The notes below the pieces were generated by a model. It did no database searches, had not been told where the DNA came from, and saw only the letters and a list, made by a program, of their open reading frames with translations. A DNA stretch of 64,000 nucleotides, from positions 177,756,001-177,820,000 of the forward strand of contig NC_086097.1 of the NCBI RefSeq assembly GCF_963921235.1, given 5' to 3'. The translations under genes and the position numbers were made by a program. Every line of letters begins with the position of its first letter. Positions within the stretch are counted from its first letter, which is position 1. Shown here piece by piece: positions 14,230 to 25,959 of the stretch. This stretch comes from Mobula hypostoma (taxonomy: Eukaryota).

Positions 14230-14267
14230 GTATTTACGCAGTTTGAGTTAGGGTCAGTCCTTGTATT

Positions 14268-14673
14268 GACTTCGCTAACTTCCGTTAATGCCCCTCCTCC
14301 CGTTCTTACCCCACCCCTTATTTTTTTTCCTTTTTTTCTCTCTCTCTTTATCTCTTTGTCAATCTCACAATCACTCTATCTTCCTCTGGCCTCCCCTCCC
14401 CCTTTCTTTCTCCCTTGGTCTTCCGTCCCATAATCTTCTCCCTTCTCCAGCCTTGTCCCTTTTGCCAATCTACTTTCCAGCTCTTAGCTCTATCCCTTCC
14501 CCTCCTGTTTTCTCCTATCATTTCGGATCTCCCCCTCCCCTTCCCACTTTAAAATCTTTTGCTAGCTCTTCTTTCAGTTAGTCCTGATGAAGGGTCTCGG
14601 CCCGAAACGTTGACTGTACCTCTTCCTATAGATGCTGCCTGGTCTGCTGCGTTCACCAGCATTTTTTGTGTGT
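14268..14673 (+). mobile_element. Penelope-like 3' terminal fragment (end of GIY-YIG ORF, pyrimidine-rich UTR, hammerhead-bearing terminus)
   Basis: Reverse-complement homologue of 20830-21235 (IDFANFR* versus IDFSNFC*). Possible TSD tccttgYatt at 14258-14267 and 14674-14683. Confidence 0.85.
14580..14615 (+). ncRNA. Minimal type I hammerhead ribozyme motif (Penelope-associated)
   Basis: agtc-CTGATGA-agggtc-tc-ggccc-GAAA-cgtt-gact: stem I agtc/gact, stem II gggtc/ggccc, palindromic stem III acgt, GUU cleavage triplet. Confidence 0.72.
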
Positions 14674-15519
14674 TCCTTGCATTTGATAAACGGTTTCTGT
14701 GCAAAGGAGGGAAAGTAAAACGAGCAGTTGTAAATTCAGAAGCCGGACGTGGGGATTGCAAATCACAGAACTGTTACAGACCCGGGAGGGAGGCACCAAT
14801 ACTACACCGGGGTAAAATCAATTGTATTTAAATTCCAGCGGGCAGGTTGTGTTAAAGCACGGGTTTTTCAGTCGTTTTTTTCCTCACACTCGGGTGTTTA
14901 TATATATTTGTTTATGTAAAGTTCATAGCTAAACTTTATTCAGTAGCTCACAATGAATTTAACCAGAACTTGGATTTGAAATGGAAATTTTAAAAATCTG
15001 CAGATGTTGGAAATGTGATATTGAAAAGATAAAATGCTGGGGATACTCAGCAAGTCTGGCAGCGTTTGTAGAGAGAGAAATAGAACCTTCACCCTGTCTC
15101 TCTGTATATGCTGCATCAGAATCATGTTTACCATCACTGACATATGTCTTGAAATTTGTTGCTTTGTGGTAGCATAATAAAAGCTATAAATTACAGTAAG
15201 GAGTAAAGTTAAAGTAGTGCAAGATAATGCAAATAAGTCATGCAAAAATATTGATATTTCTAACATTTTATGGATTTGAAAAGTCTGTAATTTTAATTTC
15301 CAGAAATGTTTATGTTTACCAACGATAGACTCTTTTCTTTTGGTTGCTTGTGAAGATCTTAGCTTGAGGTTGTGGTTGGAAAGCACTTAATGAAACATGA
15401 AGAGTTTGGAATGCCTTACCGGGGAGCAAAGCAGTTAGAGATTGTAGTTCCATGTCCCAGAGGCACCCACAGATCTCTACCGGACCCCAATGCAGTACAG
15501 AGGGTTGCTGCACTCTGGG

Positions 15520-15810
15520 AGATAGAACATAGAATAGTACAACACAGTACAGGCCCTTTGGCCCACAATGTTGTGCTGACCCTTAAACCCTGCCTCCCAT
15601 ATAACCCCCCACCTTAAATTCCTCCATATTCCTGTCTAGTAGAATCTTAATTTTCACTAATGTACCTGCTTCCACCACTGACTCAGGCAGTGCATTCCAC
15701 GCACCAACCACTCTCTGAGTAAAAAAAACTTCCTCTAATATCCCCCTTGAACTTCCCACCCCTTACCTTAAAGCCATGTCCTCTTGTATTGAGCAGTGGT
15801 GCCCTGGGGA
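15520..15810 (-). mobile_element. CR1-type 3' end fragment
   Basis: atagaacatagaa tail and cattccacgcaccaaccactctctgagt 3' UTR motif. Confidence 0.7.
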
Positions 15811-16584
15811 AGAGGCGCTGGCTATCCATGTTTTTATGGGTAATTTACTTAACTGAAGTTCTGTCTGTTCCCTGTAAAAGATCTGATGGTAGTTTTGCAT
15901 ATCTTTGGATATGTACACCGTCTGGTTGTTAATTATATTGCTAGATCTGTAGGAGTTTGCTGTGCACAACTGGCCACTGTATTTCCCATTTAACGGCATG
16001 CACCATAGTCATAAAGCACATTGGGACTTCATAAAGGTAGGTGCTACAGAAATGCACGACTCTCTTTTCTATTAAAATGAATTGATCTCCAGATAAAAAT
16101 CCTAACAGCAGCCACAACTGCACAGTCTCCATGAATCCCATGGCTGATTATCAGACAGGAACAGAAAATGAGCTGTGCAAGGGTACAGTGGAAACGTAGA
16201 CCAGCTGATTAGCCTGCACAAAGTGCTTCGAATCCATGAGTTACAAAATCACCAATGCAGTTAAGTTCAAGTGTTAAATAAACCTTGGTTAAACATTCAT
16301 ATCAGAATGTAAATAATAAACATATTTCAGTCACAGGGTCGTACAGCACAGAAACAAGTCCTTCCATCAGGTGACTGCACATTCTCCCTGATTAATACAT
16401 ACACTTCTATAAAATCACCACCTCATTCTCCTATGCTCCATTGAATAAAATCCCAAACTGATCAACTTCTCTCCAAAACTCAGTCAGTAGCCTGAGTCCT
16501 GGCAACAACCTCAAAAATCTCTGCACCATTTCAGCTCAGTGACATCTTTCCTATAGCAAGTTGACCAAAACTGAACTCAATATT

Positions 16585-17475
16585 CAAAGTAAATTTATTA
16601 TCAAAGTACATAATTACGATATACAGCTCTGAGATTCATTGGCATATTCAATAAACCCATTGAATAATAACCATAATGGAACCCATGAAAGACTGCACAA
16701 ACTTGTGCATTCAACCATTGTGCAAAACACAGCAAAGCATGAAAACACAAAAAGAAAAAAAAATAATAAATAAGCAATAAATATCAAGAATATGAGATGA
16801 AGAGTCCTTGAAAGAGAGTCCATAAGTTGTGGGAACATTTCAATGATGGGGCTAGTGAAGTTATCCCTTTGGTTCAAGAGCCTGATGGTTGAGGAGTAAT
16901 AACTGTTCCTGAACTTGGTGGTGTGAGTCCTGTACCACCTTCTTGATGGCAGCAGCGAGAAGATGTCCTGGGCAGTGGAGGTCCCTGATGATGGATGTTG
17001 CTTTTCTGCAACTAAGTTTAGTGTAGATGTGCTCAATGGTGGGGACATTGTTACTCTTGATAAACTGGACTGTATCCACTACTTTTTGTAGGATTTTCCA
17101 TTCAAAGGCATTGGTGTTTCCATACCAGACTGTGATGCAACCAGTCAACTCTCCACCACATCTTTACAGAAGTTAGTCAAAGTTTTAGATGTCATGCTGA
17201 ATGTATACAAATTCTTAAGGAAGTGGAGGTGCTGCCATGCTTTCTTCGTAATTGCACTTACGTGCTGGGCCCAGGACAGGTCCTCTGATACAATAATACC
17301 AAGGAACTTAAAGTTGCTGACCCTCTCTATCTGTGCTCTTCTGATGAGGTATGGCTCATTGACCTCTGGTTTCCTCCTCCAATCAGCTACTTGGTCTTGC
17401 TGACATTGAGCAAGAGGTTGTTGTTATGGCACTTCTCAGCCAGGTTTTCAATCCCCCTCCTGTATGCTGATTCTT
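16585..17475 (-). mobile_element. Rex1/Babar-like LINE 3' fragment
   Basis: TGCITVWYGN, TTKFRNSYY and NVSKTK motifs; same 3' UTR type as the other copies. Confidence 0.75.
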
Positions 17476-17606
17476 GACTTGTACCTGTCTTGTACAAGTA
17501 CAAGATAACCTCCCAGTTCCTATACTCAACACCCCAACTGATGAAGGCCAGCATGCCAAAACCCCTCTTCACCAACCTGTGTACCTGTGCTGCCGCTTTC
17601 AGGGAA

Positions 17607-18163
17607 TTAGATTATGAAGACACACAGTCCTCTTTTATTGTCATTTAGTAATGCATGCATTAAGAAATGATACAATATTTCCTCTGGCGTGATATCACAA
17701 AACACAGGACAGACCAAGACTGAAAAAACTAACAAGATCACATAATTATAACATATAGTTACAACAGTGCAACAATACCATAACTTGATGAAGAAGTCCA
17801 TGAGCACAGTAAAAAGTTCAAAGTCTCTCAAATGTCCCACATCTCACGCAGACGGGAGAAGGAAGAAAAAACTCTCCCTGCCATGCTGATCACAGTCTGA
17901 CTCTGAGTCATCCGAAAACTTCAAGCCTCCGATTCAGCTCTCCGACACCGAGTACTGAGTGCCATTTCTGTCCGAACGATTCAACCTCAATCTCGGTCGC
18001 CAACAGTAGGCAAAGCCAGGAATTTTGAGGCCTTCCCTCCGGAAGAGTCCCAACCGTGCAGTAATGACAGCAGCGAACGAGTGTTTTAGAAATTTCTCCG
18101 GATGTTCTGTGCTTTCACGTCCGTCTCCATCAAATCAGAATTGTCCACGGCCCCTATTTAACG
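17607..18163. mobile_element. Unclassified interspersed repeat inserted in a CR1 fragment
   Basis: CR1 minus-strand sequence at 17480-17606 resumes at about 18164. The insert has an AT-rich end and a CpG-rich body with no ORF I recognise. Confidence 0.5.
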
Positions 18164-18865
18164 TATTGTACTTCTAAATCCCTCTGTTCTACAACACCCC
18201 CTGGGGCTCAACCATTCATTGCAAAATTTCTACCATCATTTGTCTTCCCAAACTGCAACACTGAATAAAATTCCATTTCCCTTTTCTTGGCCCACTTACA
18301 CAGCTGATCAAGCTCCCACTGCAGATCCTGATAACCATCTTCACTGTCTATGGCACCACCTATTTTAGTGTTGTCTGAAAACTTACTAACTATGCCGTAC
18401 GTTCTCATCCAAGTATTGGTAATTAATATTCAAGGCACGGAGGAGCAATTTATTCATCAAAGGACAGTATTGGTAAGGGCAGTATTGAATGTTGAATGTC
18501 ATTTGATTATTTGCTACTTAGCTACTAGATTGTATTAAACTACTAGGTTGTTTCAAAACTTGTTGGTATCATCATAACACTGTCCACATTGATGCTGTCC
18601 CCTCATCAACACTGTCCCCACAAACACTATTTTCAGTAACATGAAATATAAAACATTAACCCTTCCAGCACAGAAACAAGCCCTTCAACCCACCATGTAT
18701 GTTCTGACTATGATCGTATCCTGTCCATATCCCCTTACTCCTTATCTGTTCATATGTTATCTTGATGTCTCTTAAATGCCTCTATTTGCTTTTACCCCTA
18801 GCCTGACAGTGCATTCCATGCACCTGCCACCCTCTTGTGTCTAAAAAAAATGTTCTTTAAACTTT

Positions 18866-19076
18866 AACAGGAATTCTGCAGATGCTGGAAATTCAAGCAA
18901 CACACATCAAAGTTGCTGGTGAACGCAGCAGGCCAAGCAGCATCTCTAGGAAGAGGTACAGTCAACGTTTCAGGCCGAGACCGTCCTGACAAAGGGTCTC
19001 GGCCTGAAACGTCAACTGTACCTCTTCCTAGAGATGCTGCCTGGCCTGCTGCGTTCACCAGCAACTTTGATGTGTA
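18866..19076. mobile_element. 211-bp palindromic insertion made of two inverted Penelope termini
   Basis: 81-bp arms (18902-18982 and 18995-19075, 3 mismatches) with a 12-nt spacer. Perfect 14-bp TSD gttctttaaacttt at 18852-18865 and 19077-19090. Confidence 0.88.
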
Positions 19077-20784
19077 GTTCTTTAAACTTTGCCTTCTCAC
19101 CTTAGAGCTACGCTATCTACTAGTTGACTAGAGCCATTCAACATTTGTCATTCAAAACTGACCTCACTAAAACTATATTTACCAGCTATGGTTTTCAACA
19201 AAGGGGTGATTTTAAAACATTGAACAGTAAGAAACAGGAACAGGTCCTTTGGTCCATGATATCAGTACTGAACAGGATGTCAAACTGAACTAATCCCTTC
19301 TGCTTGCACATGATCCAAATTCCCTTGTGCTTTAACAGATCTTCTCTGGATCTCCTCCAGGACGTCAATAACATGTTTTGAAATCTGTTTACTTTTTCCG
19401 CTCAGTATCATTAATTGCATATAACCAACTGTTCCCGTGATGCTATGTCAAGTAAGACTTGCCCATTAGCACGATTTCAGGAGCAGTTGGTATAAATAGA
19501 ACTGATGAATAAGTTCCCATCTACAGTGTTACCCATTATTCAACAAAAACTTAGGTTGTTTTCTCTGAAGCATTGAGGGCTGAGGGGAGATCTGACAGAA
19601 GTTTCTAAAATGATTAGAGACATACATAGGGTTGACAGCCAGATCTTTTCTGTAGCTTAGAAACGTCATACACTAGAGGACATGCAATTAAGGTGAGACA
19701 GGGGAAGTTTAAAGGAGATTTGCAGGGCAAGTTTTTTTTAAAACACAGTGTGGTGGGCACCTGATACAGGCTTCCTAGGGTAGTGATGAATGTAGATCCA
19801 ATAATGACATTTAAAAGACTTGTGAATGAACAGTGAAAGGAAGGATGTGGATCATATACAGGCAAAAGAGATGTCTGGAGCACAACAACTCTTTGCAACC
19901 TGCTTTCTGCAGTTCTATTCATTACTTCTATTATAATTGTTCCACTCTCTTAAATGTAAATTCTAAGATTTTAAGGGTCTATAATTTTGCCCACATAGGA
20001 AATTAGTGGGCAAAATTAGGGCACATGGTATTGGGGGCAGAGTACTGACATGGATTGAAAATTGGCTGGCTGACAGAAAACAAACAGTAGCGATTAACAG
20101 GTCCCTTTTGGAATGGCAGGCGGTGACCAGTGGGGTACTGCCGGGTTCAGTGCTGGGACCGCAGCTGTTTACAATATACATTAATGATTTAGATGAGGGA
20201 ATTAAAAGTAACAATAGCAAATCTGCCGATGACACAAAGCTGGGTGGCAGTGTGAAATGTGAGGAAGATGTTGTGAGAATGCAGGGTGACTTGGACAGGC
20301 TGGGTGAGTGGGAAGATGCATGGCAGATGCAGTTTAATGTGGACAAATGTTAGGTTATCCACTTTGGTGGTAAGAACAGGAAGGCAGATTATTATCTAAA
20401 TGAAAAGGGGAAGTACAACAAGATCTGGATATTCTTGTACATCAGTCATTGAAAGCAAGCATGCAAGTACAGCGGGCAGTGAAGAAAGCTAATGGCATGC
20501 TGGCCTTCATAACAAGGGGAATTGAGTATAAGAGCAAAGAGGTCCTTCTGCAGCTGTACAGGGCCCTGGTGAGACCACACCTGGAGTACTGTGCACAGTT
20601 TTGGTCTCCAAATTTGAGGAAGGATATTCTTGCTATTGAGGGAGTGCAGCGTAGGTTCACAAGGTTAATTCCTGGGATGGCAGGACTGTCATATGTCGAA
20701 AGATTGGAGCGACTGGGCTTGTATACTCTGGAATTTAGAAGGCTGAGAGGGGATCTTATCGACACATATAAGATTATTAAGGGG

Positions 20785-21785
20785 CAAACAACAGGAATTC
20801 TGCAGATGCTGGAAATTCAAGCAACACACATCAAAGTTGCTGGTGAATGCAGCAGGCCAGGCAGCATCTCTAGGAAGAGGTGCAGTCGACATTTCAGGCC
20901 GAGACCCTTCGTCAGGACTAACTGAAGGAAGAGTTAGTAAGAGATTTGAAAGTGGGAGGGGGAGGGGGAGATCCAAAATGATAGGAGGAGACAGGAGGGG
21001 GAGGGATGGAACCAAGAGCTGGACAGGTGATTGGCCAAAGGGATATGAGAGGATCATGGGACTGGAGGCCCAGGGAAAAGGAAAAGGGGGAGGGGGGAAA
21101 ACCCAGAGGATGGGCAAGAGGTATAGTCAGACGGAGAAAAAGGAGGGTGAGAGAAAGAATGTGTGTATAAAAATAAATAACGGATGGGGTAGGAGGGGGA
21201 GGTGGGGCATTAGCAGAAGTTAGAGAAGTCAATATTCATGCCATCAGGTTGGAGGCTACCCAGATGGAATATAAGGTGTTGTTCCTCCAACCTGAGTGTG
21301 GCTTCATCTTTATAGTAGAGGAGGCCGTGGATAGACATGTCAGAATGGGAATGGGATGTGGAATTAAAATGTGTGGCCACTGGGAGATCCTGCTTTCTCT
21401 GGCGGACAGAGCGTAGGTGTTCAGCAAAGCGGTCTCCCAGTCTGCGTCGGGTCTCGCCAATATATAGAAGGCCACATCGGGAGCACTGGACGCAGTATAT
21501 CACCCCAGCCGATTCACAGGTGAAGTGTTGCCTCACCTGGAAGGACTGTTTGGGGCCCTGAATGGTGGTAAGGGAGGAAGTGTAAGGGCATGTGTAAGGA
21601 ACTGTAAACGGTGGGGGCCAGGGAACTTAAAATCATCGAAAAGTTTAAGAGCGTGAGAATGATTTTTTGATGATTTTAAGTTCCCTGGCCCCCACCGCTT
21701 TATTTTCACCATGGATGTCCAGTCCCTGTATACTTCCATCCCCATCAGGAAGATCTCAAAGCTCTCCGCTTCTTTTTGGATTCCG
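20785..21785 (-). mobile_element. Penelope-like element fragment (GIY-YIG endonuclease, 3' region, inverted RT remnant)
   Basis: ORF 21210-21536 VIYCVQCSRCGLLYIGETRRRLGDRFAEH is a GIY-YIG domain. An RT motif FTMDVQSLYTSIP lies on the + strand at about 21700-21745. Hammerhead-like motif at 20884-20919. Confidence 0.9.
20884..20919 (-). ncRNA. Minimal type I hammerhead ribozyme motif (Penelope-associated)
   Basis: The minus strand reads agtc-CTGACGA-agggtc-tc-ggcct-GAAA-tgtc-gact, with a GUC triplet. Confidence 0.68.
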
Positions 21786-21872
21786 GACACAGTGAATGGC
21801 GGTACTGGTTCGAAGGGCCGAACGGCTTACTCCTGCACCTATTGTCTGTTGTCTGTTGTCTATTTTCTAAAT

Positions 21873-23800
21873 TAGGTTTAAGCAGAGCGGCCATAATGTG
21901 TGTGGTCCAGTGTTTGAGTGGTGGTTGAGGAAAGGTGTAGGCCTTAGGCAGTTTTTTTTTGTTATTTATTCTTTCCTTCTTTCTTATTGCACCTGTAGAG
22001 CAGTGGAGATGCCAGGCAGGATAGGAAATGCTCCTCTAGTGGGATGTGGGAAGGCAGAGAGACTTCCAATGTCCCTGACGACTACACTTGCATGAAAAGC
22101 ATCCTGCTGCAGCTTTTAACAGAATGTCTTAAGGAGTAGGAGTTGGAACTGGAGCCAAAAGAGGTGGGGGAGATCTTAAATGGATTTTTTTGTGTCTGTA
22201 TTTATTCAGGATATGGTCACAGACTCCATAAAAGTGAGGCAAAACAGTCATGAGCCCTATGCAGATTTCAGAGGAGGAGGTGTTTGCTGTCTTAAAGCAA
22301 ATTAGGATGGATAAATCCCCAGTGCCTGACAAGGTGTTCCCTTGGACCCTGTGGGAGGCTACTGCAGAAGCTGTAGGGGTCCTAGCAGAGATATTTAAAT
22401 CATCCTTAACTATTGGTGAGGTGCTGGAGGATCAGAGGATAGCTAATATTGTTCTGTTGTTTAAGAAAAGCTCTAATAATAAGCCAGGAAATTATAGGCC
22501 AGTGAGTCTAACATCAATAGTGAGAAAGTTATTGGAAAGTATTCTAAAGGACCGGATATATGAGTATTTGAATAGACAGGTACTGATTAGGGATAGTCAA
22601 TATGGGTTTGTGTGTGGTAGGTCATGTCTAACCAATCTTATAGAGTTATTTGATGAAGTTGCCAGGAAAGTTGATGAAGGCAAAGCAGTGGAAGTTCTCA
22701 ATATGGATTTTTACAAGGTGCCTCATGGGAGGTTATTCAGGAATGTTCAGTCGCTTGGCATTAAAGATGAGGTAGTAAATTGGATTAGACATTGCCTTTG
22801 TGGGAGAAGCCAGAGACCGATAGTAGAAGGTTGCCCCTCTGACTGGAGGCCTGTGACTAGCGGTGTGCCACAGGGATCGGTGCTGGGTCCATTGTTATTT
22901 GTCATCTATATCAATGATCTGGATGATAACGTGGTAAACTGGATCAGCAAGTTTGTGGATGACAATGAGGAAAACTATCAGAGCTTGCAGTGAAATCTGG
23001 ACCAGCTGGAAAAATGGGCTGAAAAATGGCAGATGGAATCTAGTGCAGACAAGTGTGAGGTGTTGCAATGCACTTCGGTAGGAAGCAGCTAGGGTGGGTC
23101 TTACACGGTGAGCATGTGGCACTGACAAGTGCGGTATTACATCTGTATTATCTGGGAATGCGGATACATAAATCTTAGGAAGTGACGACACAGTTAGATC
23201 ACATTCACTTTCATTATCAATGTATTGAGTATAGGAGTTGGGACGATATGTTGAAATTGTATAAGACATTGGTGAAGTCTAGTTTGGAGTACTGTATGCA
23301 GTTTTGGCCACCTACCTACAGTTAAAAATATAAACAAGGTTGAAAGAGTACATAGAAAATTTACAAGGTTATTGCTTAGACTAGAGGTCCTGAGTTATAA
23401 GAAAAGATTGACTAGGTTAAGACTTTATTCCCTAGAACATGGAAGATTGAGGGGAGATTTGATGGAGGCGCACAAAATTATGAGAGGAATGATAGAGTAA
23501 ATGCAAGCAGGCTTTTCCCACTGAGGTTGGGTGGGACTACAACTAGAGGTCATGGGTTAAGGATGAAAGGTAGAATGCTTCAGGGCTACATGAGGGGGAT
23601 CTTCACTCAGAGGGTGGAATGATCTGCCAGTGCAAGTGATGGATATGGGTTCAATCTCAATATTTAAGAGAAATTTGAATAGGTACATGGATGGGAGTGG
23701 TATGGGGGCTATGGTCTAGGGTGCGTTGATGTGACAAAGCAGATTAATGGTTTTGCATGTACTAGATGGCTGAAGAGGCTGTGCTGTGGTGTTCTACGAC
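21873..23800 (+). mobile_element. Internally deleted CR1 LINE, same family as 25403-51270
   Basis: 5' UTR and ORF1 start (gatgccaggcaggatag) join directly to mid-ORF2 at about 22150. RT ORF 22250-22993, then a CR1 3' end. Possible 7-bp TSD tctaaat (21866-21872 and 23801-23807). Confidence 0.85.
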
Positions 23801-25855
23801 TCTAAATAAATAGTGCTTAAAAAAAGGAATAACAAGATACTATTGATGGATTCAGGACTGTTCAGAAATCTCATGGTGGAAGGAGAAAGCTGTTCCAGAT
23901 TTACTGAGTGTGGATCTTCCAGCTCCTGTACCACCCCCTCAGTGGTAGTATTGGGAAGAGGATAGCAAACGTCCTTAATGATGGACGTCACCTTTTTGAG
24001 GCACCGCCTCTTGAAGATGCCCTCAATGGTGATGAGGGTCATGCCCATGATGGAGCTGACTGAGACTACAACCTTCAGCAGCCTCCTGTGAACTGGAGCC
24101 TCCCTACCAAACAGTGATGAAACCAGTCAGAATGCTCACCACCCTACAGGTACAGAAAAAAACCCACTGAACCAAAATGACAGACCTGATAATGGGTTTC
24201 GACCTGAAACATTGACTATCCCTCTATCTCCACAGATGCTGCCTGACTTGCTGAGTTCAACCAGCATAGTATACACAGGAACAAGCCCTTAAACTTACAA
24301 CATTGTGACAAACAAGTCAAGCTAATGATACCTAATTAAACCAATCCCGTCTGCCTACACACGGTCCATATCGCTTCATTCTCCACACGTTCACCTGCCT
24401 AAGAACCTCTTCAGACTCAAGATTGTTTAGTGTCATTTGCAGTACACAAGTGTAAAGGAGAAAGAAATAATTGTTAATCTGGATCCAATGCAGCACTAAA
24501 AAGCACAATAAGATTAAAAACCCACAAGATTTAAAAATACACAAGAAATAGGATACATCAGATAGCTTATATACACGGGCTGATTGTATGTTCATGAAGT
24601 GATGTTCGGCACAGGAGTATTTGTATATAAGGTGACTGACAGGAAATGATAAAGTAGTAGTGGTTGGGGGGGATGTCGTGGAAGGGTGAGTTAGTGGGTG
24701 GAGTTGGAGGTGCTGATCACCCTTGAAGTTTGGGGAATATAACTGTTTTTGAGTTTGGTGATCCTGATGTGGATGCTATGTAACCTGCTCCCTGATAGGA
24801 GAGGAACAAACAGTCCATGAGCAGGTGGGGGTGGGGGGGGGAGTCCTTAGTTATGTCCGTGGCCCTTTTCTGGCACGCTTCTGTATATGTGTTCTTGATG
24901 GCAGGTAGGCTGTTGTTAATGCTTGAAGTTTGTTTCTCTTTGCAAAATGATGACAAAGTGATCAGTTTCACCACACATACAGAAAAAAACAGTGATGTTC
25001 TTATATTAATGATTATCATAAATGTATTTAATTGCTTGAACATGATGGTGGAGTTGAAACCCATGAAATATTTAGACAGGCTATTGAATATATACCAAGT
25101 CACCCATTCCCATTTGACAATGGAGACCTGTAGTTCAGGATCTTTTCTTTCAAGACACTGAATTCTAGTCCATTACGTCATGTCTTTATTACCACTGTGT
25201 GACTCTAGGCCACCAACTCTCCCCTGAAAATATCCAGCAAGTCAGCAAGGGCAGTTTGGGATGGAACTGGAATTGATAGTTAGTTTATTATCATTGCATG
25301 TACCATATTACAGGGAAGAGCTTGTCTTGCATACCATTCAGCTAAATCAATTCATGCATTGAAGCAGAAAGTAAAATAATAACAGAATGCCATATAAGTG
25401 TTTTGAGCATCAGAAATCAACGACCTGAAGCATGAGAAGACGTAGCTCACTTAGGTTTGCCAGTTGATTACATAAGGCATTGATTTGAGGCAGTTTGGTA
25501 TTTTGAGAAGTGGCCAATCGGCAATTGGGATTGATTGGCAAGAAGAAATTAAATTTAGGCAGGGAGAAGTGGAGCAGCCATTTTTGGAGTGAACAGTGTT
25601 AGAGTAGGGATCTTAAGGCTTTAGCTTTTTAAGGCTTCAGCGAGAAGAGACTTGAGTGAGAGGAGGCAAAAAAGTTGTAGGTAGACTTTTTTCTCCAGTT
25701 TATTCATTACTTCCTTCTTTATATTTGCATAGTTAGAACCACAGGGATGCCAGGCAGGATAGTAGAATGCTTCTCTTACTGGTGTGGAAAGGCATGGAGA
25801 CCTCCAATGTCCTTGATGACGTCACCTGCAAGAAGTGCAACCAACTGCCGCTTCT

Positions 25856-25926
25856 TTTTTGTAATTTATTTTTTATTGAAGTTCATCATCAAACAAATAT
25901 TTCCATAAGATGTATTTCAGAATACC

Positions 25927-25959
<33 letters not shown>

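Larger units (their letters stand above)
19995..21862 (+). mobile_element. CR1 LINE 3' fragment interrupted by a Penelope-like insertion
   Basis: RT ORFs 20006-20353 and 20449 to about 20782 (LYRALVRPHLEYC). The CR1 3' end with a (tgtctgt)n tail resumes at about 21786-21862. Confidence 0.88.

Noticed and set aside
13639..14581. His/Thr-, Cys/Val- and Pro/Leu/Ser-rich ORFs
   Set aside because: They are translations of the (GT)n tract and the pyrimidine-rich Penelope UTR.
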